From assembly GCA_035479295.1 (NCBI GenBank), contig DATIIV010000012.1:65010-129009 (forward strand): a stretch of DNA of 64,000 nt, read 5' to 3'. The notes beneath the pieces are model-generated. The model did no database searches. It saw only the letters and a program-made list of their open reading frames with translations, and was not told the DNA's origin. The position numbers were made by a program, and so were the translations under genes. Source of the DNA: Candidatus Saccharimonadia bacterium (lineage in GTDB: Bacteria > Patescibacteriota > Saccharimonadia > UBA4664). Below, piece after piece: positions 43,053 through 52,362 of the stretch (position 1 is the first letter of the stretch; each line of letters opens with the position of its first letter).

Positions 43053-44252
43053 ATGACAGACGCGAAGCCTAAAACGAATGTAGTGGTGGTGGGCGGCGGC
43101 TTTGGCGGCGTGCGGGCGGCCCGAGGCCTGGCGCGGCAGCCCGGGGTGAGCGTTACGCTCATTTCGAGCCATACTCATTTTGCCTACTACCCGCAGCTCT
43201 ACCATGCGGCCACCGGCGGTGTGCGCAGCGAGGCGGCTCTGCGCCTGGGCGAACTGCTAGCTGGAGTGCCGGTGCGATTGGTGCACGACACTGCCACCAC
43301 CTTTGATCCCGAGGCGCGTACGGTCACGACGGCCAGCGGCACGGTTTATCCCTACGATGAGCTAGTATTGGCTTTGGGTAGCGTTACTAATTACTTTGGC
43401 ATCGAGGGGCTCCAAGAATTTTCGTACGATATTAAGACGATCGACGGAGCCGAGCGATTTAAGCGCCACCTGCACGATCAATTGATTGCCGAGCAACGGC
43501 CGGAGCTGCACTACGTGATCGTGGGCGGCGGCCCTACCGGCATCGAGCTGGCGGCGGCGCTCAGCCAGTATGTTGGCCAGATTGTGGCGCAGCATGGGGT
43601 GCGGCGACCCAAGTACCAGGTGGATCTGGTGGAGGGCGCGCCGCGGTTGCTGCCGCGCCTGCCCGAGGCCTTTGCCCGGCGCATTCAGCGGCAGCTGGAG
43701 CGGCTGGGCGTGCGCGTCATGACCGGCGCGGTGGTGGAGGCCGAGACGGCCGAGACGCTGCGGCTCAAGGGTCAGTCCATTACCAGCCACACCGTGGTGT
43801 GGACGGCCGGGGTGAGCAATAATCCCTTCTTTGCCGACAATGCGGCGCACTTTAATCTGGCCAAGAACCATCGAGTGGAGGTGAACGAGCAGCTGGAGGC
43901 GCGGCCGCACGTGTATGTCATTGGCGATAATGCTAACACCCAGTACGCCGGCCTGGCCCAGACGGCGCTCGACAACGCCGACTTTGTGGTGGCTGATGTG
44001 GCGCGTAAGCGACGGCGGGTGGCGCGCTCAGCCTATCGCCCCAAGGCACCGATCACGGTGATCCCGGTGGGCACCGGCTGGGCGGCGGTGCAGTGGGGCG
44101 GCCTGCAATTATTTGGCTATGTCGGCTGGATCCTGCGCCGTTTGGCCGACCTGGTCGGTTACGCCGACGTGGAGAGCTGGCCGCGAGCCCTGGGCGTGTG
44201 GCTGCGTGACGGCCGCCACGAGGATCAGTGCGCCATCTGCGACCATACCTAG
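43053..44252 (+). CDS. ndh: Type II NADH:quinone oxidoreductase (NDH-2)
   Basis: Two Rossmann GxGxxG motifs (VVVGGGFGG, VIVGGGPTGIELAAAL). 399 aa. Confidence 0.85.
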   Translation: MTDAKPKTNVVVVGGGFGGVRAARGLARQPGVSVTLISSHTHFAYYPQLYHAATGGVRSEAALRLGELLAGVPVRLVHDTATTFDPEARTVTTASGTVYPYDELVLALGSVTNYFGIEGLQEFSYDIKTIDGAERFKRHLHDQLIAEQRPELHYVIVGGGPTGIELAAALSQYVGQIVAQHGVRRPKYQVDLVEGAPRLLPRLPEAFARRIQRQLERLGVRVMTGAVVEAETAETLRLKGQSITSHTVVWTAGVSNNPFFADNAAHFNLAKNHRVEVNEQLEARPHVYVIGDNANTQYAGLAQTALDNADFVVADVARKRRRVARSAYRPKAPITVIPVGTGWAAVQWGGLQLFGYVGWILRRLADLVGYADVESWPRALGVWLRDGRHEDQCAICDHT

Positions 44253-44286
44253 GCGGGGCGACCACCCAAGAGTATAGTAATTGAGG

Positions 44287-44306
44287 CCTGCCGCCGGCAG
44301 GTTTTT
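44287..44306 (+). terminator. Rho-independent terminator (CCTGCC-GCC-GGCAGG, then T5 run)
   Basis: Lies inside the ORF-track 44281 start, which argues against that start. Confidence 0.6.
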
Positions 44307-44328
44307 CGGCTCGTCGAAAAGAGGTGGC

Positions 44329-44910
44329 ATGCAGGAGTTAGCGGTTAAGTGGCGCTGGCTATGGCGCAGCAAGGTAGCCTGGCGCGATCTGCCTTGGGCC
44401 AAGCTGGCTCGAGTTGTGGCGCAGGCCTGGTGGGACGGTCCGCGCGCCGACAGCCTCAAGGCCATCGGAGAGGCCGGCTGCGTGGCTGTGTTCTGCTCGT
44501 CGCAGCGAGCCAATCAGGGTATGGCGCAGTACATGACCCAGGCCGATCCAGACATCTTGCAGGCGCTCACCTGGTATGTGTCGCCGGAGGTGCTCTGGCT
44601 ATTTAGCCACTACGGCTCGGTTGAAGATACTGTTCCGTTGCTTGAGTCGCCCAGCCCAGGTACGCATGAGGGAACGGCCTGGGTAACCGAGCGTATGCGA
44701 GAGCAGGATGAAGTGATCGTGGCAGTAGTAGCTGCGCCGTGCCACCTGCCACGCATTCGGGCCTGTTTCGAGACGCTGGGGGTACGGGTGGTGGTGCCGC
44801 GCGGCCTACGCTCTATCGGCTGGTCCGACTACCCGCTGCACTGGCTGAAATGGCGACTGCGCGAGATCGTGGTGGTCCTGGCCTACGCTCGGCAGGGCTA
44901 CATTCGCTAG
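44329..44910 (+). CDS. Hypothetical protein
   Basis: ATG with RBS AGAGGTGG. 193 aa. Confidence 0.5.
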   Translation: MQELAVKWRWLWRSKVAWRDLPWAKLARVVAQAWWDGPRADSLKAIGEAGCVAVFCSSQRANQGMAQYMTQADPDILQALTWYVSPEVLWLFSHYGSVEDTVPLLESPSPGTHEGTAWVTERMREQDEVIVAVVAAPCHLPRIRACFETLGVRVVVPRGLRSIGWSDYPLHWLKWRLREIVVVLAYARQGYIR

Positions 44911-44919
44911 ATATTTACG

Positions 44920-44956
44920 GCAGTGGAACGGCCAGATTGCTGGGCCGTTCCACTGC
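44920..44956 (+). terminator. 14-bp perfect hairpin (GCAGTGGAACGGCC / GGCCGTTCCACTGC) with a weak U-tract
   Basis: Overlaps the ORF-track start at 44923 of the MFS gene, which argues against that start. Confidence 0.5.
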
Positions 44957-45006
44957 TTAGCTCGCTAAAGCGCGCCAAAATGCGATTAATCAGGCATAAT
45001 CATATA

Positions 45007-46242
45007 ATGAACAATCCCGCTATCTCGCGTCTCACCTGGCTCGTTTATCTACAGCAGTTCACTAGCGAGTGCATGCCGATCTACCCGTTCTACGCCATTA
45101 TGTTTGTGCAGCGTAGTGGGCTGAGTGTGGCGCAGGTGAGCGCGCTCTTTGCGATCTGGATTCTGGTGGCCCTGGTCAGCGAGATCCCGACCGGGTTGCT
45201 GGCCGATCGCTTCTCGCGGCGGTCGGTTCTAGTGGTCTCTAAATTAATGCAGGCCGCCGCCTTCTTGACCTGGTGGCTCTATCCTGGATTCACTGGTTAT
45301 GCAGTCGGTTTTGTGCTGTGGGGCGTGGGTTATGCCTTTAACTCGGGGGCGTTTCAGGCTTACGTTTACGAGGAGATGGCGGCGCTTGGGGCGATCAAGC
45401 AGTTTACCAAGGTCTTTAGCCGCTCGCAGAGTCTCGCTCTCGTAGGCATGGTAGTAGCCTACGCGGGCGCTAGCCTGGTTGGCTCGCGCAATTACGCGGT
45501 CTTGCTGATCTCGAGCCTGGTCATTAGTCTGTTGTCGGCGGCCGTGGCAGCGGCTTTTCCGGCCGAGACCAGGCGTCATACGCCCAGCGAGGCCAAGAAG
45601 CTGGCCGGCCTGCGCAGTACTCTGGCCGAGGTGGCGAGCTCACCACTGCTGCAGCGGCTGGTTATTAGTGTGGCCATCGTGGTGGCTATTGGCTCGGCGC
45701 TCGAGGAGTACGTGCCGCTGTATTACCAGACCATGGGCGCGGTCGATCGGTTTATTCCTGGGCTACTCATCATTGGTCTGGCGCTCTCGGCCTACCTGTC
45801 GTGGCGGGTCGATAAGCTGGAGCGGCTGGGTGCTCAGTGGCGGGCATTATTGGTAGTGGTAGCAGGTGCGGCCGTGCTGGTTACTAGCTATGCGGGCGGG
45901 GCACTGGCGATTATTGGTCTGTTTACCTTTATGCGCTTAATTAATGTTACGAAATTGCTTTACGAAGCGTCATTGCAGCATAGTGTGGCCGGTCCGAGCC
46001 GGGCTACGATTAGCTCACTGCCTACATTTATCGCTGAATGCTTGTCGTTGGCACTAGTGGCAGTGTATGGTTGGGCCTCGCGGTTTGGCGGTAATGTCGG
46101 CTCCATGCGAGTAATCGGCGGCATTGTGATCGGGCTGGGTGGAGTGATGGCGCTGGTGTGGTTACGGCGGAGCTTGCCTCAGCCGGGGCCAGCGGCGGCT
46201 CCTGTTGTGAGCGCCACCGATGAAATGCATGATAAGTTTTAG
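45007..46242 (+). CDS. MFS transporter
   Basis: 12-TM hydrophobic profile. Start chosen at ATG 45007 (MNNPAISRL), with a CATAAT-like -10 just upstream, possibly leaderless. ATG 44980 is an alternative. Confidence 0.6.
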   Translation: MNNPAISRLTWLVYLQQFTSECMPIYPFYAIMFVQRSGLSVAQVSALFAIWILVALVSEIPTGLLADRFSRRSVLVVSKLMQAAAFLTWWLYPGFTGYAVGFVLWGVGYAFNSGAFQAYVYEEMAALGAIKQFTKVFSRSQSLALVGMVVAYAGASLVGSRNYAVLLISSLVISLLSAAVAAAFPAETRRHTPSEAKKLAGLRSTLAEVASSPLLQRLVISVAIVVAIGSALEEYVPLYYQTMGAVDRFIPGLLIIGLALSAYLSWRVDKLERLGAQWRALLVVVAGAAVLVTSYAGGALAIIGLFTFMRLINVTKLLYEASLQHSVAGPSRATISSLPTFIAECLSLALVAVYGWASRFGGNVGSMRVIGGIVIGLGGVMALVWLRRSLPQPGPAAAPVVSATDEMHDKF

Positions 46243-46256
46243 GGTAGAATAGAGGT

Positions 46257-48107
46257 GTGTTGAAGCTAGCTTGGTCAGAGAATTATCGTCGATTAACAGG
46301 TGTGGCGCTGTATGCGCTGCTGGCCTTGGTGCTGTTTGTGGTAGGGCAGGGGGCAGCGGTTCAGGTTGTGTTGCTGGTGGGCTCACTGGTGGCGGTCAGT
46401 CCGCTCATCGTTGACATGATTAAAGAGGTTCGCGGCGGCAATTATGGCATTGATCTGCTAGCCGTAACGGCGATTCTGGCCTCGCTGGCGCTGCACGAAT
46501 TTTTGGTAGCTACGGTGATTTTGCTAATGCTGACCGGCGGTGAGGCGCTCGAGGCTTATGCGCAGGAGCACGCCAAAAAGGAATTGAGTGATCTGCTCGA
46601 TCGGGCGCCCAAGACGGCTCATCGCTACGACGGCGATGAGCTGCATGACGTGCCGGTGAACCAGGTGCGGGTGGGTGATCGGCTACTGATTAAGCCGGGC
46701 GAGACGGTGCCGGTGGACGCGGTGGTGATCGACGGCGCCTCGAGCTTTGACGAGGCGGCCATTACTGGCGAGAGCCTGCCGGTGGACAAGGCGGTGGGGC
46801 AGGACGTGGTGAGCGGGTCGGTGAATACCACTCGGCCGGTGACCGTGACGGCCAGCCACACGAGCGCCGAGAGCCAGTACCAGCAGATCGTACAGCTGGT
46901 GCGCCAGGCGGCCTCGAGCCGCAGCCCGCTGGTGCGCCTGGCCGATCGCTACAGCGTGCCGTTTACGATCATTAGCCTAGGGCTGGCGGGCGTGGCTTGG
47001 GCCTTAAGCGGCCAGGCCTTGCGGGCGCTAGAGGTGCTGGTTGTGGCGACGCCCTGCCCACTGCTGCTGGCGACGCCGGTGGCGATCGTCTCGGGCATGA
47101 GTCGGGCGGCGCGCCATGGCATTATCGTTAAGAGCGGTGCGGCGCTGGAGCAGTTGGCGCGGCTGCGGGCGGTGGCGTTTGACAAGACGGGCACATTGAC
47201 CAAGGGCGAGCCCAAAGTTGATCGAGTTAAGCCGGTGGCTGGCGGTGATGAAGCGGAGCTGCTAGCTACTCTGGCGGCGCTCGAGCAATCATCCAATCAC
47301 ATCTTGGCCCAAGCGGTGGTAGCGGCGGCTCAGGCGCGCGGCCTCAAGCTGCCAGCCAAGGTGGAGCAACTCAGGGAGGAGCCGGGCAGTGGCTTGGTGG
47401 CTACGGTGGATGGCCGCGTGGTGGTGGCCGGCCGGCCGCAGTGGCTGCAGAGCCATGGGGTAGAGTTGCCGGCCGGCCTGCCCACCGACCAGACGGTGGC
47501 GCACGTAGCCATCGCTGGCCGTTACGCCGGCTCGGTTAGCTTTGCCGACCAGGTGCGGCCGGAGACCAAGGCTACGCTGCGCGAGCTGGCCGACCTGGGC
47601 ATTCGCAAAACGCTCATGCTCACCGGCGACCAGGCCGGCGTCGCCCGGCGCATCGCTCACCAGGTCGGCCTCACCGACGTGCAGGCCGAGCTGCGGCCGG
47701 CGGCCAAACTGGCTGCCATTAAGGCGCTAGAGGCACACCACCAGCCGGCCGCCATGGTCGGCGACGGCGTCAACGACGCGCCCACCCTAGCCGCCGCCGA
47801 CGTCGGCATCGCCCTGGGTGCCCGCGGCTCCACCGCCGCCAGCGAGTCGGCCGACGTCGTCATCATGCTCGACGACCTGGCGCGCGTGCCGCTGGCCATC
47901 CACATCGCCCGCCGCGCTATCCTCATCGCCAACCAGAGTATCCTGGTCGGCATCGGCCTCAGCATTGTGCTTATGCTTATCGCCATGACCGGCGTTATCC
48001 CGCCGGTGTACGGCGCCCTGCTGCAAGAGGCGGTGGACGTGGCCGTCATCTTGAATGCGTTGCGGGCGCGGTCGGGGCGATTAGTGGGGCGAAAACAGGT
48101 CAGCTAG
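46257..48107 (+). CDS. P1B-type (CPx) cation-transporting ATPase lacking an N-terminal metal-binding domain
   Basis: GTG start with RBS AGAGGTG. Actuator TGESLPV, phosphorylation DKTGTLT, hinge GDGVNDAP, CPL (CPx) in TM6 (TPCPLLLATP). 616 aa. Confidence 0.85.
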   Translation: MLKLAWSENYRRLTGVALYALLALVLFVVGQGAAVQVVLLVGSLVAVSPLIVDMIKEVRGGNYGIDLLAVTAILASLALHEFLVATVILLMLTGGEALEAYAQEHAKKELSDLLDRAPKTAHRYDGDELHDVPVNQVRVGDRLLIKPGETVPVDAVVIDGASSFDEAAITGESLPVDKAVGQDVVSGSVNTTRPVTVTASHTSAESQYQQIVQLVRQAASSRSPLVRLADRYSVPFTIISLGLAGVAWALSGQALRALEVLVVATPCPLLLATPVAIVSGMSRAARHGIIVKSGAALEQLARLRAVAFDKTGTLTKGEPKVDRVKPVAGGDEAELLATLAALEQSSNHILAQAVVAAAQARGLKLPAKVEQLREEPGSGLVATVDGRVVVAGRPQWLQSHGVELPAGLPTDQTVAHVAIAGRYAGSVSFADQVRPETKATLRELADLGIRKTLMLTGDQAGVARRIAHQVGLTDVQAELRPAAKLAAIKALEAHHQPAAMVGDGVNDAPTLAAADVGIALGARGSTAASESADVVIMLDDLARVPLAIHIARRAILIANQSILVGIGLSIVLMLIAMTGVIPPVYGALLQEAVDVAVILNALRARSGRLVGRKQVS

Positions 48108-48268
48108 GCGTCGCGCTTCGTTAAAAACCCAGCAAGCTCTAACGTGCTCAATTATCTGTCTCCTTTGCCAATAAAATCATCATCCACAAACGCCTCAAGC
48201 CCATGATGGGTCTAGGCATATTGGCTGTGCGCTTGAGTTTAGCAAGCATAAGTACAAATTAATGGTTA

Positions 48269-48299
48269 GCGCACCGGCAGCAGATCGCCGCCGGTGCGC
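48269..48299 (-). terminator. Hairpin (GCGCACCGGC / GCCGGTGCGC) downstream of the minus-strand gene 48312-48695
   Basis: On the minus strand it is followed by an A/U-rich stretch. Confidence 0.35.
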
Positions 48300-48311
48300 G
48301 ACACCTCGGGT

Positions 48312-48695
48312 TTAGCCCAGAAGACGTTCCATCTGCGCCCGTGCCGAGTCGGACAACTTCAACTCCTCGACGACGATGTCCTCGTGGGTGGCAATCATCT
48401 CTCTGTCCGCTAGGAACTTCCCGGCGGGCCCGTGCTGATTGTGAGGGTACTCACAGGCCACGACGATGTAGTCGACACCGAAGGTCCCTACCCCTATGCG
48501 CGCCGTCATGGTGTAGACGGCGGGGCCGATGTCGACCGAGACGTAGTATCGATTGTCGTCTGTCTGGTTGTTGGGGCGCCAGGTGTAGTCGCAGAGAGCA
48601 ACCAGGCTCCCAACGCAGGGCGGCGGCAGTTGCTTCAGCCAGTCGTGCGCCAAGGGACGCGGGACGCGGGCAACGTAACCCCTGTACCTTTCCAT
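48312..48695 (-). CDS. Hypothetical protein
   Basis: 127-aa ORF with plausible composition. No motif recognised. Confidence 0.4.
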   Translation of the reverse strand: MERYRGYVARVPRPLAHDWLKQLPPPCVGSLVALCDYTWRPNNQTDDNRYYVSVDIGPAVYTMTARIGVGTFGVDYIVVACEYPHNQHGPAGKFLADREMIATHEDIVVEELKLSDSARAQMERLLG

Positions 48696-48770
48696 TGAAT
48701 CTCCAAGAAACGAACGGCTTGGTGCCAGAGAGGACGATGACAGATTCTAATAAGTCTGTCAAGAATCAAG

Positions 48771-49340
48771 CTACGACGACGCCATCACCTTGCGGCGATG
48801 TGCCGCCACTCGCTCCCGAGTTGCACAGCGGGGCGAACAATAGTTGCGGCCACCGCCCTTGCCGAGATCAATGAACGGCCGCTCACATGTGGTAGCGGCG
48901 CATATGCCGCCAGGGCTACGCTGCTTGTCTGCCAGAAGTAGGGCCAGTGCTAAAGCCGAGGATGCTGCAAACCACTCCGCCCAGGGGGCATGATCATTGC
49001 TATCCACATGCAGGTGCCAGGCAGAAGTATTGTGTGCGCTAAGTCGTGGTATCGCGGCGTACTCACTAAGAATCGCATTTAGTAGAGCTGCGATAACGCC
49101 GACATCTTGCGCAGTGAATACCGCATATAGCTTGTCTGATGCAGCTTTTAGGTCAACTAAATCGGCAGCGGCGACCTTGCTTTGCTCGCCGTAGCCCTCC
49201 AGGACTTTATTCAACTGGTCGCTCAGCGCTTGGGGATCAAGTTGCGCTTTATTTTGCAAAACAAACAAAACATCAGCCGCACGCTTTGCAGCATGCGTTG
49301 CAGAACCGAGCGGCAACATTGATGTATTTGTCTTTTCCAC
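48771..49340 (-). CDS. ABATE-domain / CGNR zinc-finger protein (putative stress-responsive regulator)
   Basis: C-terminal CERPFIDLGKGGGRNYCSPRCATRERVAAHRRK matches the zf-CGNR pattern C-x2-C-x-R-x-F-x-D-x-S-x-n-W-C-S-x2-C-G-N-R. Confidence 0.7.
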   Translation of the reverse strand: MEKTNTSMLPLGSATHAAKRAADVLFVLQNKAQLDPQALSDQLNKVLEGYGEQSKVAAADLVDLKAASDKLYAVFTAQDVGVIAALLNAILSEYAAIPRLSAHNTSAWHLHVDSNDHAPWAEWFAASSALALALLLADKQRSPGGICAATTCERPFIDLGKGGGRNYCSPRCATRERVAAHRRKVMASS

Positions 49341-49363
49341 ATGCGTAATATATCATACGTAAC

Positions 49364-50551
49364 GTGAATAATAAAGAAATACGTTACAACCTAACACGCT
49401 ACCTGTTTGGTGCGCTGCCAGCTCGGCTTGGTGACGAAATGTCTGGCCAGGCAATTTTACTTATGGGACTTGCTGCGACACAGACCGTATTCCTCGGTTC
49501 TACATTACTTGCTGGGCTAACATTTTCAGCTGCTCTTGGCGGTCCATTGCTTGGAGCTATTTTAGACCGCGCCCAACAGCCGGGCAGGGTTTTAGCCGGA
49601 GCATTGGGTCTCTATGCTGGGCTCATCGCGCTCATCGCACTTTCGCTAGGGCATGTGCCGGTATGGGCTTCCATAGTGATAGCGTTAGCAGCCGGGTTCT
49701 TTATGCCTGCCATCTCCGGCGGCTGGTCATCGCGCCTAAAGTCGTTCGTTGCCGATGAACAGATGACCCGGGCGAGCGCGATTGATGCTACAACCTTTAA
49801 CATCGCTGGTCTCGTCGGGCCGGCGCTTGCCGGGTTGGTTGCAGCGATGCTTGGCGCTCACTGGGCGATTGCCGTTTTGGTGACACTGCTGGTCGCGGCG
49901 CTGCCTATGGCATGGCTGCTGCCCAAGCGTCCCAAATCGACCAAACAGTCTCACAATACTTCATTGTGGCGAGACATGAGCGATGGATTCAAAGTAATTA
50001 TCACAAATAAGGCTCTGTTTAGGATTACGCTAACGTCCCTCATCTCGTATATGGGAATCGGCATGCTGTGGGTGATCTGTCCCTTAGTTGGCAAAGAGGT
50101 GTTTGGCAATGCCGGATATGGTGGCGTTTTGATGTCCGTACTATCCATCGGCGCGCTCGTTGCGACTGTTGCTTATGCTAAGTGGCCTATGCGTTACAGC
50201 CCAGATGCTGTCGCTTTTGGAGCCACCCTAGCATTAGGTATTGCGATGCTCGTGCTAGCATTTGCTGGCAACATCATCATTACCCTGATTGCTATGTTGA
50301 TAGCCGGGCTAGCCGACGGCCCTCAGCTTGCAGCTATCTTTGCGGTGCGGCATCGTGAAGCGCCTGAGCGCTCACGGAGCCAAGTATTTACAACGGGCGC
50401 AAGTTTGAAGATTACGATGGCTGCTCTGGGTGCGGTCTTGGCCGGGCAACTGGCTGGCATTTCGCTCTTGGTTATGGTCCTTATTGCGGCTTTCGTCCAG
50501 ATTATGGCGGCAATCTCATTCGTCCTTTCCTCGCGAAGTTCAGCTCGCTAG
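49364..50551 (+). CDS. MFS transporter
   Basis: 395 aa, 10-12 TM. Divergent from the CGNR gene. Confidence 0.75.
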   Translation: MNNKEIRYNLTRYLFGALPARLGDEMSGQAILLMGLAATQTVFLGSTLLAGLTFSAALGGPLLGAILDRAQQPGRVLAGALGLYAGLIALIALSLGHVPVWASIVIALAAGFFMPAISGGWSSRLKSFVADEQMTRASAIDATTFNIAGLVGPALAGLVAAMLGAHWAIAVLVTLLVAALPMAWLLPKRPKSTKQSHNTSLWRDMSDGFKVIITNKALFRITLTSLISYMGIGMLWVICPLVGKEVFGNAGYGGVLMSVLSIGALVATVAYAKWPMRYSPDAVAFGATLALGIAMLVLAFAGNIIITLIAMLIAGLADGPQLAAIFAVRHREAPERSRSQVFTTGASLKITMAALGAVLAGQLAGISLLVMVLIAAFVQIMAAISFVLSSRSSAR

Positions 50552-50678
50552 GATTAGTTAGCGATGTTTCGGGCTAAGCCTCGCACCATGAAGTTCAGAC
50601 ATGTCTTTACACTTGTTGCCAAATTAGCCATTCTCCCCCAAACATGCGATAATACAGCGCTATGAGCGAGCGTAATTT

Positions 50679-51461
50679 ATGACGAAATTGTTGGCTGGCA
50701 AGGATGTGGCCGGATTCATTCAGGAGCGCCACGCCCAGACGGTGCGAGGCCTTCTGGTTGCGCCCAAATTGGCGATTGTGCGCCAGGGCGCCACGCCGGC
50801 TACCGATGCCTATCTGCGCGTTAAGAAGCAGTACGGCGCCGATATCGGTGTGATGGTTGATACTTACACCGAGGCGCCGGCCGATCTGATGGCCCGCATT
50901 GCCGCGCTCAACGCCGACCCCAGCGTCACCGGTATTATCGTGCAGCTGCCGTTTGCCGATCAGCCGGACCTGGCTGAGCAAGCGCTGGCGGCGGTGGCGC
51001 CGGCCAAAGATGTGGACGGCCTGAGCCCCCACTCACCATTTGAGGCCGCCACTCCCAAGGCTATTCTGTGGCTGCTGGCGGCCTACAACGTTGACCTGAG
51101 TGGCCGCCGCATCGCCGTGGTGGGGCAGGGCCGGCTGGTCGGCGCGCCACTGGCCGACCGCCTCGACGCCAGTGGCCATGACGTGGCGCGCCTCGACGAG
51201 CACACACCCAACCTGGCCGCCGCCCTGCACGACGCCGGCGCTATTATCACCGCCACCGGCCAGCCCGGCCTCATCACCTCGGCCATGGTAGCCGACGGCG
51301 CCATCGTGGTCGACGCCGCCTCGCCCCGCAGCGACCTGGCCCGCGACCTCTTCGACCGCGCCGACCTCATCATCACGCCCAATCCCGGCGGCGTCGGCCC
51401 CATGACCGTGGCGTCATTATTCGACAATTTACTGATTGCGGCGCAGACTCGTCATCCCTAA
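50679..51461 (+). CDS. folD: Bifunctional methylenetetrahydrofolate dehydrogenase/cyclohydrolase
   Basis: GIIVQLPFADQ (compare ILVQLPLP), catalytic region DVDGLSP, Rossmann VVGQGRLVGAPL. Somewhat short at 260 aa. Confidence 0.75.
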   Translation: MTKLLAGKDVAGFIQERHAQTVRGLLVAPKLAIVRQGATPATDAYLRVKKQYGADIGVMVDTYTEAPADLMARIAALNADPSVTGIIVQLPFADQPDLAEQALAAVAPAKDVDGLSPHSPFEAATPKAILWLLAAYNVDLSGRRIAVVGQGRLVGAPLADRLDASGHDVARLDEHTPNLAAALHDAGAIITATGQPGLITSAMVADGAIVVDAASPRSDLARDLFDRADLIITPNPGGVGPMTVASLFDNLLIAAQTRHP

Positions 51462-51912
51462 GCTATCTGTCTCTAGCTAAGGCAGCGCTCATATTGTAGT
51501 ATCGTTTCGGGCCAGGACCGCTAGGTTTTGGCCGCCATCTCCTAACTTACTCAGAGATGAGGTTAGTGTGTCGCGCCCTCGTTGGCCCTGAACCGCCACC
51601 CCCGCCCGAAACAGCTCAAGACTTGGAGGTAGAACTAGAGCCGGACCCCGATACGCTCTCGGCTCTCGACGGTCTGCCGCCGGGCGATCACGTCGCCTGG
51701 CTCGATGCCCATGATCCCAACGCTAGATAGGATCGAGATGTCGCATACCAAGGCACGCGGAACGGCCAACAATCCCCGACCGGGAAGTGAGAGGGGTGTG
51801 GGCTCCAGCCAGACCTCCACCTCCACTACCTCCTCCTCGGTCACCAAATAACAAGCATTCGCCTAGCGATTCTTCTCGCTGGTTGCCCGTCGGGCCTGGT
51901 GGCTCGGCCGGT

Positions 51913-52299
51913 CTAAACCTTCTTGGCTAGTAGCGCCTTTACCCGCTCCGTCACCTCTTTGGGCGTCATCTCGGCCTTCACAATGTAGTCGTCGGCGGCC
52001 ATTTTGTAGACGCGCGTGGCCGTCTCGGTGTCGCCCATGTTGGTTAGCACGACCACTTTAGCGTCGCGCCCATTGGCCTGAGAACGCAGCTTTTGCAGCA
52101 TCTCCAAGCCATTCATATTGGGCATCATCAAATCGAGCAAAATAATATCAGGTGCAAACGACTCAATTAATTCCAGTCCACCGGCGCCATCGCCGGCCGT
52201 GGCCACCTCGTAGCCCTCATTCTCAAACTTCACCCGATACATCTGCACGATCGCCATGTCGTCCTCGATGATCGCCACTTTGACTTTTTGGTCACTCAT
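51913..52299 (-). CDS. Response regulator, receiver domain only
   Basis: VAIIEDD, LLDLMMP, YIVKAE. 128 aa. Confidence 0.85.
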   Translation of the reverse strand: MSDQKVKVAIIEDDMAIVQMYRVKFENEGYEVATAGDGAGGLELIESFAPDIILLDLMMPNMNGLEMLQKLRSQANGRDAKVVVLTNMGDTETATRVYKMAADDYIVKAEMTPKEVTERVKALLAKKV

Positions 52300-52362
52300 A
52301 TCTGTAGTTTATAACGCGATTTAACCATAAGCAATTATTTCTCAGCTAATTTGTAGCTGCTG

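Noticed and set aside
51462-51912. tmRNA, RNase P RNA or SRP RNA in the large intergenic gap
   Set aside because: No tRNA-like 3' domain (GGTTCGAnTCC...CCA), no AGGAAAGTCC P4 consensus and no GGAAGCAGCCA-like SRP motif on either strand. Kept as an unspecified structured-RNA candidate only.
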